DNA of 64,000 nucleotides, taken from Candidatus Omnitrophota bacterium (GTDB taxonomy: Bacteria > Omnitrophota > Gorgyraeia > Duberdicusellales > Duberdicusellaceae). The position numbers were made by a program, and so were the translations under genes. The stretch is taken from positions 2,721 to 66,720 of the forward strand of contig JAFGCB010000027.1 in the NCBI GenBank assembly GCA_016932855.1, written 5' to 3'. Position 1 is the first letter of the stretch, and each line of letters starts with the position of its first letter. Shown piece by piece: positions 1 to 8,298 of the stretch. The notes beneath the pieces were generated by a model. That model ran no database searches, was not told the DNA's origin, and saw nothing but the letters and a program-made list of their open reading frames with translations.

Positions 1-905
1 GGCCAAAGGGTAACCGGCCTAAAAAGGCCGGCCCTTATTCCTTCCGATCTTAAGCGCTGGGCCGCCTGCCTTGCTATCCTGAAAGGTATCCCGTAAGAAA
101 CAAAAATAATGTCTGAATCTTCGATATCAAAGGCCTCAAATCTTCTTTCTTTGCTTTTTATTCGTTCATATTTCTTCTGTAAAATAAGGTTATGCTCTTC
201 CAGGCCAGGGTCTTTTAAAAAAAATGACCTTATAACATTAGGGCTTCTTCCGGCTGCTCCGGTTAAAGCCCACTCCTTCTTAACCTTGCGACCTTGTGTC
301 TTGGTGTCTTGATGAGTTATTTTAATCGGCTCGGCCATCTGTCCTAAAAAAGCGTCTAAAAGGATTATTGCCGGGTTTCTGTATCTGTCGGATAAATCAA
401 AAGCAAGCTGTGTTAAATCGAAACACTCCTGAACCGAAGCCGGAGCCAAGGCTATTAAATGGTAGTCGCCGTGGCCGCCGCCTTTAGTCGCCTGAAAATA
501 ATCGGACTGCGAGGGAGCGATATTGCCTAAGCCCGGCCCTCCTCTCATAACATTTGCAATAACTGCCGGCAGCTGTGCTCCTGCTAAATAAGATATTCCT
601 TCCTGCTTTAAGGAAATCCCCGGAGAGCTGGAAGTAGTCATAGACCTTGCCCCTGCGCTTGAAGCTCCGAAAACCATGTTAATAGCGGCGATTTCCGACT
701 CAGCTTGAATGAAAATTTTTCTTTCCTGGGACATTCTTCTGGCCATATATGCTGTTAATTCATTTTGGGGGGTTATTGGGTAGCCGGCGTAAAACCCGCA
801 GCCAGCCCTGACCGCAGCTTCGCCTATGGCTTCATTGCCGGTAATTAGAATCCTCTTCTTGTCTGTGTTGGGTGCTGTGTGCTTTTTACGAGGTTTATTT
901 TTCAT
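1..905 (-). CDS. 2-oxoacid:ferredoxin oxidoreductase alpha subunit (VorB/PorA-like), 3' end outside window
   Basis: Manual translation from ATG at 905: MKNKPRKKHTAPNTDKKRILITGNEAIGEAAVRAGCGFYAGYPITPQNELT...FIQAESEIAAINMVFGA...TTSSSPGISLKQEG; GYPITPQ and ESE motifs present; not in the ORF track because it runs off the edge. Confidence 0.9.
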   Translation of the reverse strand, partial: MKNKPRKKHTAPNTDKKRILITGNEAIGEAAVRAGCGFYAGYPITPQNELTAYMARRMSQERKIFIQAESEIAAINMVFGASSAGARSMTTSSSPGISLKQEGISYLAGAQLPAVIANVMRGGPGLGNIAPSQSDYFQATKGGGHGDYHLIALAPASVQECFDLTQLAFDLSDRYRNPAIILLDAFLGQMAEPIKITHQDTKTQGRKVKKEWALTGAAGRSPNVIRSFFLKDPGLEEHNLILQKKYERIKSKERRFEAFDIEDSDIIFVSYGIPFRIARQAAQRLRSEGIRAGLFRPVTLW

Positions 906-1101
906 AGATTTCAATGCAGGCGTCGGGGCAGACGACAAAGCAAAGCCCGCAGCCAATGCAGTTTTTTGCGTCTTCTGCCATAGCGTAATACGTACCGTGT
1001 CTGTTTAATTCGGATGACAGCTTCAGTTTTTTTTGAGGACAGGCTTCTATGCAGAGCTGGCAGCCCTTGCACCTGTCTTTTTTTATTTTAAGAATTATCA
1101 T
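895..1101 (-). CDS. 2[4Fe-4S] ferredoxin (oxidoreductase delta subunit)
   Basis: Two CxxCxxCxxxCP motifs (CKGCQLCIEACP, CIGCGLCFVVCP); directly upstream of the alpha subunit. Confidence 0.9.
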   Translation of the reverse strand: MIILKIKKDRCKGCQLCIEACPQKKLKLSSELNRHGTYYAMAEDAKNCIGCGLCFVVCPDACIEIYEK

Positions 1102-1162
1102 AAATTTTCCCGCAAGGAAGGTTAAAGGCTGCTAGAATTATCTATCTTAAGTCTTTGCTGAC

Positions 1163-3043
1163 TTAAATCCTATTATAAGTCTTGGTCTCGGCGCAGGCTT
1201 TTTTTATTTTCTCCAAAATGCTTTCCGGATCAAGGCCGCACTTCTTTAAAAGCTCTTCTTTCCTGCCGAAAGTAACAAACTCGCAGGGGAGCCCTAATCT
1301 TTCAACGTTAATGCCGCTCAATAATCCTTTCTCGCGGTAGAACTCCAGTATCGCCTCGCCAAAGCCCCCGCTTAAGATACCCTCTTCTAAGATAAAAAGA
1401 AGACTAAAATTCTGGGCTATACTCAAAAGAAGCTCCTCGTCTAAAGGCTTAACGAATCTGGGATTGACCAATAAAGGCTCTATGCCGTCTTTTCTTAAAT
1501 CATCTAAAATAAAAATGGCTTCCTTAAGAAAAGAGCCTAGGGCAAGTATTGCTACGTCCTTACCTTCTCTTATTACCTCGGCCTTGGCGTAACGAAACGG
1601 CTGGCAGTTCTCAAGCTCTAAGGCCTTGCCCTTAGGATAACGTATTGCTACCGGCCCCCGGAGCTTAAGCGAAAATTCTAAGGCTGCTTCCAAATCTTTC
1701 CGGTAGGCCGGAGAAATCACCGTAAAATTAGGTATGTTTCTTAAGTAGGATATGTCAAAGACGCCGTGATGGGTAGGCCCGTCTTCACCGACAAGGCCGG
1801 CCCTGTCTATGGCTAAAACTACCCCTGTTTCCTGGAGAGCTACGTCTTCTATTAATTGATCGTAGGCCCGTTGAAGAAACGTGGAATAGACCGCTACCAC
1901 CGGCTTAAGCCCCCGCTTAGCCAAGCCCGAGGCAAAACTCACCAAATGCTGTTCGGCAATGCCGACGTCAAAAAATCGTTCCGGAAAACTCTTTTTAAAT
2001 CTGCAAAGCCCCGTGCCTGTACTCATGGCTGCGGTAAGGGCAATGATTTTTTTATTCTTTCTGGCAAGCCTTGTAAGCTTGATACCGAAAATATCTGTGT
2101 AGCTTAATTCCGGGACTTCGGGAACAGTTTCTTTCTTGCCCAAGAAAGGCAGAGAGCTGTGGAAATTCTCGGGGTCTTTCTCGGCCAAAGGATGGCCCTT
2201 GCCCTTCCTTGTAACTACATGCACTATTTTAGGGCCGGCTAAATCTTTAATATTCCTTAAGGCTGATATGAGAGCTTCTAAATTGTGCCCGTCTAAAGGG
2301 CCGAAGTAGCGAAAGCCCAGCTCTTCAAAAAAGATTCCCGGCACTATCAGACCCTTCATTACCTCTTCTATTTTTCTTATCCGGGGCACTACCTTCTTGC
2401 CTAGATGAGGCACTTTTTTCAAAATCAAAGCCACGCCGTCCTTAAATCTATTATATATAGGTAAAGATATTATTTTGTTTAGGTAATTGCTCAAGGCTCC
2501 TACCGAAGGAGAAATGGACATCTCGTTATGATTAAAAATAACCAAGAGGTTCTCGCCCAGGTGCCCGGCGTTATTTAAAGCCTCGAAACATTCGCCTCCG
2601 GAAAGACTGCCGTCACCAATAACTGCTATGACATGGGACTTGTCTCCTATGAGTCTGTTGGCACAGGCAAGGCCCAGGCTTAAAGATACGGCGTTAGAAG
2701 CATGCCCTACGGAAAATGTGTCATACGCCGATTCTTTGTGGAAGGGAAAACCCGAAATCCCTCCCAGCTGCCTTAAGCCCTCGAAATCCTTTGCTCTGTT
2801 AGTTATGATTTTGTGGGCATAGGCTTGGTGACCGACATCAAAAACTATCTTATCCCCGGGGGTATCAAAGACATAGTGAAGAGCGATGCATAGCTCTACC
2901 GCCCCCAGGCTTGAAGCCAGATGGCCTCCTTTAGAAGAAACCACATCTATTATCTGCTTTCTTATTTGGGAAGCTAGCTCTTTGAGCTCTGGTATTTGCA
3001 GTTTTTTCAAATCTTGGGAAGACTTTATGGAATTTGGGCTCAT
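1163..3043 (-). CDS. dxs: 1-deoxy-D-xylulose-5-phosphate synthase
   Basis: GGHLASSLG, DVGHQAYAHK, GDG...N TPP motif, DVGIAEQH, GEDGPTHHG. Confidence 0.96.
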   Translation of the reverse strand: MSPNSIKSSQDLKKLQIPELKELASQIRKQIIDVVSSKGGHLASSLGAVELCIALHYVFDTPGDKIVFDVGHQAYAHKIITNRAKDFEGLRQLGGISGFPFHKESAYDTFSVGHASNAVSLSLGLACANRLIGDKSHVIAVIGDGSLSGGECFEALNNAGHLGENLLVIFNHNEMSISPSVGALSNYLNKIISLPIYNRFKDGVALILKKVPHLGKKVVPRIRKIEEVMKGLIVPGIFFEELGFRYFGPLDGHNLEALISALRNIKDLAGPKIVHVVTRKGKGHPLAEKDPENFHSSLPFLGKKETVPEVPELSYTDIFGIKLTRLARKNKKIIALTAAMSTGTGLCRFKKSFPERFFDVGIAEQHLVSFASGLAKRGLKPVVAVYSTFLQRAYDQLIEDVALQETGVVLAIDRAGLVGEDGPTHHGVFDISYLRNIPNFTVISPAYRKDLEAALEFSLKLRGPVAIRYPKGKALELENCQPFRYAKAEVIREGKDVAILALGSFLKEAIFILDDLRKDGIEPLLVNPRFVKPLDEELLLSIAQNFSLLFILEEGILSGGFGEAILEFYREKGLLSGINVERLGLPCEFVTFGRKEELLKKCGLDPESILEKIKKACAETKTYNRI

Positions 3044-3396
3044 GCGGCTTCGTATTGTTCCAACAATTGGCCTATTAACTTACTCAAAAATTCTCTATCG
3101 TCGACATTTAAATGAGTAAATTCTATCCCTGTATCAAAAAGGCAGGGCTGGGTTTTATCGGGAGAGCTGAATTCCAAAACCCAGACTATTCTTCCTTTGG
3201 TTTCAATGGAGCGTTCACCTATCACAATCTCTATGCCCACAGGGGTATTGATCTTAAATTGCTTTTGCATAATTACCCTCGCGCCGCCGGAACTTATATT
3301 CTCGGTGTGCAAAGTAAACTCTTCTCGATCTTCTTCGATAGAGACCGTTATCTTGCAAGGATAAGTTACCCGGGGGAATTTCCTTCGTTCCTGCAT
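3040..3396 (-). CDS. PilZ-domain protein (c-di-GMP receptor)
   Basis: ERRKFPR (RxxxR) and NISSGG (D/NxSxxG) motifs; 118 aa. Confidence 0.85.
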   Translation of the reverse strand: MQERRKFPRVTYPCKITVSIEEDREEFTLHTENISSGGARVIMQKQFKINTPVGIEIVIGERSIETKGRIVWVLEFSSPDKTQPCLFDTGIEFTHLNVDDREFLSKLIGQLLEQYEAA

Positions 3397-3397
3397 A

Positions 3398-4177
3398 TTA
3401 TGCCTCCTGTTTATACTCGACTCTTTGTATATTAAGGCTTCGGCCCGTACTTTCGTCTATTTCCAAAAAAACTCCCTGTATACGCACATCGGCTTCGGCT
3501 AAATTAAAGCGGCTGGGTATATTAGTCAGAAACCTCTCGATGATGTCTTCCTTTCTTCTGCCCAAAATCGAATCAAAGGAACCGGTCATGCCGACATCAG
3601 TAATGTAGGCTGTAAAGTTTTCTATCATTCTCTCATCGGCGGTAGGAATGTGGGTGTGAGTCCCGATTACGGCTGAGACTTTCTGGGCCAAAAAATATCC
3701 CAAGGCCAGCTTCTCCGAAGTAGCCTCGGCATGAATATCCACCAAAACTACCCTGGTTTCCTTTAAAACATCTTCCAGCACCGAAGCCACGGCCTTAAAG
3801 GGGCAATCCACCGGCTGCATAAATACCCTTCCCAATAAATTTATCGCGCATATTTTCTTGCCTTTTTTCTCTTTTATAATAAGACCTCTTCCTTTGGCAA
3901 GCTGACCGTAATTTAAGGGCCGGACAATGTCCATTGTGTCCAGTATCTGAAAAATCTCTCTTTTCTTAAAGGCGTGGTCGCCGGTGGTAAGGATATCTAT
4001 GCCTGAGGAAAACAGCTCTCGAGCTACCTTCTCGGTAAGACCGCTTCCCCCGGCGGCATTCTCAGCGTTAGCGATAACCCAGTCTATTGCTTCCTTTTCT
4101 ACGAGAGAAGGCAGGAATTGCTTTAAATAATCTCTGGCGGGCCTACCAACAATGTCACCGAGAAAGAGTATCTTCAT
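3398..4177 (-). CDS. ymdB: YmdB/TIGR00282 metallophosphoesterase
   Basis: GDIVG, NAENAAGG, DIHAEATSEK, GTHTH, TDVGMTG; follows rny. Confidence 0.93.
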   Translation of the reverse strand: MKILFLGDIVGRPARDYLKQFLPSLVEKEAIDWVIANAENAAGGSGLTEKVARELFSSGIDILTTGDHAFKKREIFQILDTMDIVRPLNYGQLAKGRGLIIKEKKGKKICAINLLGRVFMQPVDCPFKAVASVLEDVLKETRVVLVDIHAEATSEKLALGYFLAQKVSAVIGTHTHIPTADERMIENFTAYITDVGMTGSFDSILGRRKEDIIERFLTNIPSRFNLAEADVRIQGVFLEIDESTGRSLNIQRVEYKQEA

Positions 4178-4180
4178 CTT

Positions 4181-4271
4181 AGACTGAAGACAAAAGACCC
4201 AAGACTAAAGACCTTTCCCGGCTGTTATTAAAATATTTTGTCTGGGGTCTTTTGTCTGGGGTCTTTGGTCT
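4181..4271. repeat. Heptamer-repeat imperfect hairpin (AGACNNA units / NNNGTCT units)
   Basis: AGACTGA AGACAAA AGACCCA AGACTAA AGACC ... TGTCT GGGGTCT TTTGTCT GGGGTCT TTGGTCT. Confidence 0.85.
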
Positions 4272-4272
4272 G

Positions 4273-5823
4273 TTATTTAGCATATTCTACCACTCTTGTT
4301 TCTCTTATTATAGTGATTTTTATCTGACCGGGATAATCCATCTCTTCTTCGACTTTTTTCTTAAGATCCCGGGCTAAAACAATGGTCTGGCCGTCATCTA
4401 CCGATTGAGGTTGGACTATAACTCTTATTTCCCTGCCGGCCTGTATAGCAAAGCTTTTCTCTACGCCCTTAAAAGAATTGGCGATGTTCTCCAGAGAAGT
4501 GAGCCGCTTAAGATAAGTTTCAAGGGTTTCGCGTCTGGCACCGGGGCGCGAGGCAGAAACAGCGTCACCCACCAAAGCCATTACAGCATACAAAGAAGCT
4601 GGCTCCTCTTCCTCGTGATGAGCGCCTATGGCGTTAACAACAATGTCCTTTTCTCCGTATTTTGCGGCGATGTCTCTTCCGATTTGAGCATGGGTTCCTT
4701 CTACTTGCTGGTCAACTCCTTTGCCGATATCGTGAAGAAGGCCGATTCTTTTGGCAAGCCGCGGGTCCAAGCCCAGCTCGGATGCTAAAACACTCATGAT
4801 AAAAGCCATTTCCTTTGAATGCTGAAGGGCGTTTTGACCGAAGCTTGTCCTATACCTTAATTTCCCCAGAAGCTTTATAAGTTCCGGGTGTAAATTATGG
4901 ATATCTAAATCAAAGGCCGCGTTTTTCCCTTCAGCGATAAGATCCTTTTCAAATTCCTGCTTGACTTTCTCTACCGTCTCTTCGATCCGGGCGGGATGGA
5001 TCCTTCCGTCGGAAACAAGCTTTTCCAAAGAACGCTTGGCAACCTCTCTTCTTATGGGATCAAATCCGGAAAGAGTGACGGCCTCCGGTGTATCATCGAT
5101 AATAACGTCGACGCCGGTCAGCATCTCGAAAGTCCGGATATTTCTTCCTTCCCTTCCTATAACTCTTCCTTTCATATCCTCGTTAGGCAGGCTCACCACG
5201 CTTACGGTCATCTCCTGGGTGTGATCCACCGCGCAGCGCTGTATTGCCAGAGAAAGCATCTCCTGCGCCTTGGCATCTTCTTCTTCCCTTAAAACCTCCT
5301 CAAACCGCTTAAGGCGTTCTGCTTTCTCCTTGACTAAATCATCCTCCAGCCTCTTCATTAAAAGCTCCCTGGCCTCTTCGATGCTTAAAGAAGAGATTTT
5401 CTGCAGCTTCTGTTTCTCCTCAGCCAAGACAATATTTAGCTCGTGGCTCTTCTTCTCCAAATCCTGGTTTAAGACTTCTATCTCTTTGGTCCGCTGACCC
5501 AGCTCCTGCTCTTTTTTCTGCAGAAACTCAACTCTTTTTTCTAAGTTTTCCTCCCGGTGAATAAGCCTTTTTTCAAGGTCTTCAAGTTCCCGTCTTTTTC
5601 CTCTGGTCTGATTCTCAAAATTAACCCTTAGCTTGTACAAAATCTCTTGGTTGTCCAGCTCGGCCTTTCTTTTAAGATTCTCGGCGTCTTTTCTGGCATC
5701 ATCCAAAATTTTAGATACTTCGTCTTTTCTTTTCTTAAGCCCTTTGTCTATGAAAGACTTACCCAAGACATAGCCTAAGGCTGCCGAGGCTAAGCTTGCA
5801 ACAATAATTATTCCTACCCACAT
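4273..5823 (-). CDS. rny: Ribonuclease Y
   Basis: N-terminal TM helix, coiled coil, KH domain (KGRVIGREGRNIR), HD domain (LLHDIGK). Confidence 0.97.
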   Translation of the reverse strand: MWVGIIIVASLASAALGYVLGKSFIDKGLKKRKDEVSKILDDARKDAENLKRKAELDNQEILYKLRVNFENQTRGKRRELEDLEKRLIHREENLEKRVEFLQKKEQELGQRTKEIEVLNQDLEKKSHELNIVLAEEKQKLQKISSLSIEEARELLMKRLEDDLVKEKAERLKRFEEVLREEEDAKAQEMLSLAIQRCAVDHTQEMTVSVVSLPNEDMKGRVIGREGRNIRTFEMLTGVDVIIDDTPEAVTLSGFDPIRREVAKRSLEKLVSDGRIHPARIEETVEKVKQEFEKDLIAEGKNAAFDLDIHNLHPELIKLLGKLRYRTSFGQNALQHSKEMAFIMSVLASELGLDPRLAKRIGLLHDIGKGVDQQVEGTHAQIGRDIAAKYGEKDIVVNAIGAHHEEEEPASLYAVMALVGDAVSASRPGARRETLETYLKRLTSLENIANSFKGVEKSFAIQAGREIRVIVQPQSVDDGQTIVLARDLKKKVEEEMDYPGQIKITIIRETRVVEYAK

Positions 5824-5830
5824 AGAGTTT

Positions 5831-5875
5831 CCTCCTTCAATGACCCCGAACCCTTAAAAGGGCGAGGGGAAAATT
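5831..5875 (-). repeat. AATTY-hairpin-TCATT leader element carrying the rny Shine-Dalgarno
   Basis: Minus strand AATTTTCCCCTCGCCCTTTTAAGGGTTCGGGGTCATTGAAGGAGG; near-identical to 25549-25588. Confidence 0.75.
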
Positions 5876-5955
5876 TTCCCAAAAAAAACACTCAAAATCC
5901 AACAATAAAAACAGAAAATAAAACCGCTCTCTGTCCCCGAAGGCAACAGTATTCT

Positions 5956-6540
5956 TTAGGAAGTAACTATTAAGTCTACCTTTTGATCCTGAAGAGGGTT
6001 GAAAGGAAGGTTATCGAATATCTGGTGCGCAAAAGCCAAGCCTATCGTGAAGGTCTTGGAAGAAAGTTTCTTTAAAAACCGGTCGTAGTAACCTCTGCCC
6101 CTGCCTAATCTTCTTCCTTCTTTATCAAAAGCCCGTCCCGGGACAATCACTAAATCCAGCTGATGAAAATCTACCTCGCAAGAAGCCTTTACATCAGGCT
6201 GTAAAAGACCCAAAGGGCCTTTTACTAGCTGGGTATAAGAAGTAAGTTCATAGGGTTTAAGGTCTTGTTTATCAATAATTACCGGTAAGGTCACTCGCTT
6301 TTTTTCTTCTTTTGCCTTCCTTAACAAGTTTTTAATATCTACCTCTTCAGGAAGGGCCCAATAGAACATAACTACCCGGGCGTCTTTGTAAGCAGACAGG
6401 CCTTCAATCTTTTCAGTGATAACCCTTGATTCCTCTGCAAGTTCTAATAGGGTTTTTTCTTTAAATCGCTCTTTTACTATTCGTCGCAGCCTGTCTTTTC
6501 TTTCGTCCGGGCCTTTGGGCTCTTCTTTCAGAGAACTCAT
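5956..6540 (-). CDS. ygfA: 5-formyltetrahydrofolate cyclo-ligase
   Basis: DLVIVPGRAFD, RLGRGRGYYDRFL. Confidence 0.93.
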   Translation of the reverse strand: MSSLKEEPKGPDERKDRLRRIVKERFKEKTLLELAEESRVITEKIEGLSAYKDARVVMFYWALPEEVDIKNLLRKAKEEKKRVTLPVIIDKQDLKPYELTSYTQLVKGPLGLLQPDVKASCEVDFHQLDLVIVPGRAFDKEGRRLGRGRGYYDRFLKKLSSKTFTIGLAFAHQIFDNLPFNPLQDQKVDLIVTS

Positions 6541-6591
6541 TTTCCCCTTTTTGAAAGTATTTATTTTAGCACAAATCTTAAAATTTGCAAC

Positions 6592-7905
6592 CTAGGGTTT
6601 AGGCGTAAGTTTTTTCTTAAATTCCTCTTTATTTTTAAGCATTTTTCCTTCCCGGCCGATGTCCTTGGGAAAATAATATTTTTTCTTTTCCCGGCGATAC
6701 TTTTGCTCCACGTACCCCCCAAAATTATGAGGATACTTATAGTCTTTGCCCCTTGAGGTTTTTTTAGCTTGGCCCTGGAGGGGGTTTTTTAAATGCAAAG
6801 GGACTTCTTCTATGGAAGCCTTTTCTATGTCCTCCCAGGCCTGGGCAATGGCCTGATAAGAAGAATTGGATTTAGGGGCCTGGCAAAGATAGATTGTGGC
6901 TTCGGAAAGGATTATCTTTGCCTCGGGCATGCCCACAAACTCTACCGCCCGAAAACAGGAGGAGGCTAAAACCAGGGCAAAGGGATCAGCCAGCCCTATA
7001 TCTTCCGAGGCCAGAATAACCAGTCTTCGGGCAACAAACCTAGGGTCTTCTCCGGAATAAAGCATCCTGGCAAGCCAGTACAAGGAAGCGTCGGCATCGC
7101 TTCCCCTGACTGACTTTATAAAGGCCGAGATGACATCGTAATGGTAATCACCTTTCCTGTCATAAAAAGCCGGCTTAAGCTGTAGGGTCTGCTTGGCCAC
7201 GTCTAAAGAAAATGCGATAACGCCTTTTTTATCCTTGGCAGTGGTAAGTACGCCCAGCTCTAAAGAACCTAACGCCCTGCGGGCATCGCCGGAAGAATTT
7301 TGGGCAAGAAACTTAACTGCCTCCTGCTCCATCTGCACCTTATGGCCGCCCAGTCCCTTCTTTTTATCGGCCAAGGCTCTCTTAAGAAGTTCGCAAAGGT
7401 TGTCTTCGCTTAAAGGCTTAAATTCGCAGACTAAAGAACGGGATATTAAAGCCGGGTTTATGTAGAAAAAGGGGTTATAGGTGGTCGCTCCTATCAGAAT
7501 GATCCGGGAGGTTTCAGTATCGGGAATCAAAACATCCTGTTGCAGCCTGTTCAGGCGATGAATTTCATCTATGAAAAGAACTGTTCTCTGGCCGGCCTTG
7601 GCTCTAATGCTCGCGTTAAAAATTTCCTTTTTTATGTCGTTGGACGAGCAAAAACTGCCGTTTAAATAAACGAACTTGGCCCCGGTTCCGTTAGAAATAA
7701 CCTGTCCTAGGCTTGTTTTTCCTGTTCCGGGAGGCCCCCAGATAATAAGAGACGTCAATCTGTCGGCCTCGATATTGCGGTGCAGGATTTTATCCTTTCC
7801 CAAAAGATGCTCCTGGCCGACAAATTCAGCCAGCTTCTCCGGCCGCATCCTTACCGCGAGAGGCAAGTCTTCGCGCTTTTCTTCTTCTTGCTCAAACAAA
7901 TCCAT
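6592..7905 (-). CDS. rarA: Replication-associated recombination protein A (RarA/MgsA)
   Basis: PLAVRMRP, GPPGTGKT, DEIHR, SAFIKSVRGSD, SEDIGLADP; start moved to ATG 7905 (MDLFEQ) because the upstream extension runs through a repeat. Confidence 0.93.
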   Translation of the reverse strand: MDLFEQEEEKREDLPLAVRMRPEKLAEFVGQEHLLGKDKILHRNIEADRLTSLIIWGPPGTGKTSLGQVISNGTGAKFVYLNGSFCSSNDIKKEIFNASIRAKAGQRTVLFIDEIHRLNRLQQDVLIPDTETSRIILIGATTYNPFFYINPALISRSLVCEFKPLSEDNLCELLKRALADKKKGLGGHKVQMEQEAVKFLAQNSSGDARRALGSLELGVLTTAKDKKGVIAFSLDVAKQTLQLKPAFYDRKGDYHYDVISAFIKSVRGSDADASLYWLARMLYSGEDPRFVARRLVILASEDIGLADPFALVLASSCFRAVEFVGMPEAKIILSEATIYLCQAPKSNSSYQAIAQAWEDIEKASIEEVPLHLKNPLQGQAKKTSRGKDYKYPHNFGGYVEQKYRREKKKYYFPKDIGREGKMLKNKEEFKKKLTPKP

Positions 7906-7923
7906 AAACAAATTCTTTATTAT

Positions 7924-8041
7924 AATGACGAATAAAAAATTAAATCCCGAATAAATCCCAATTTCCAAATCCCAACGGGTTTTGGATTTGGTATTTTGGA
8001 TTTACTTGGGATTCGGTAGTGTTGGGATTTCATTCGTCATT
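7924..8041. repeat. AAATCCC-type heptamer hairpin with 10-bp terminal inverted repeats
   Basis: AATGACGAAT(7924-7933)...ATTCGTCATT(8032-8041); internal AAATCCCA/TGGGATTT units; related to 33982-34102. Confidence 0.8.
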
Positions 8042-8080
8042 GGTCACTGAAGTATTGGACTCCGTAAAGGTCTTAAATAA

Positions 8081-8239
8081 AAACCCCGCCTTTTGTCCGA
8101 GACAAGTGGTAATCTTTAAGTCCTTTCCTCATACAAGTGGGTGCCTACTGCCTTGGGCCTAAACCCAAGCCAAGATCAGCTCCCTTAGGACATTTGTTGG
8201 CTCAAGATTTATAGCCTGTCTCGGAACAGGCAGGGTTTG
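8081..8239 (-). ncRNA. ssrS: 6S RNA
   Basis: Rod-like hairpin: 5' AAACCCTGCCTGTTCCGAGACA pairs with 3' TGTCTCGGACAAAAGGCGGGGTTT; central bubble with CTTGAGCCAACA and CACCCACTTG segments typical of 6S RNA; upstream of ygfA-rny-ymdB; TTGAAA-17-TATATT promoter at 8260-8288. Confidence 0.8.
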
Positions 8240-8298
8240 ATCTTCTTCTTTCCAAATATAATATAACTGAATTTTTCTTTATTTTCAATACTGCGCAA

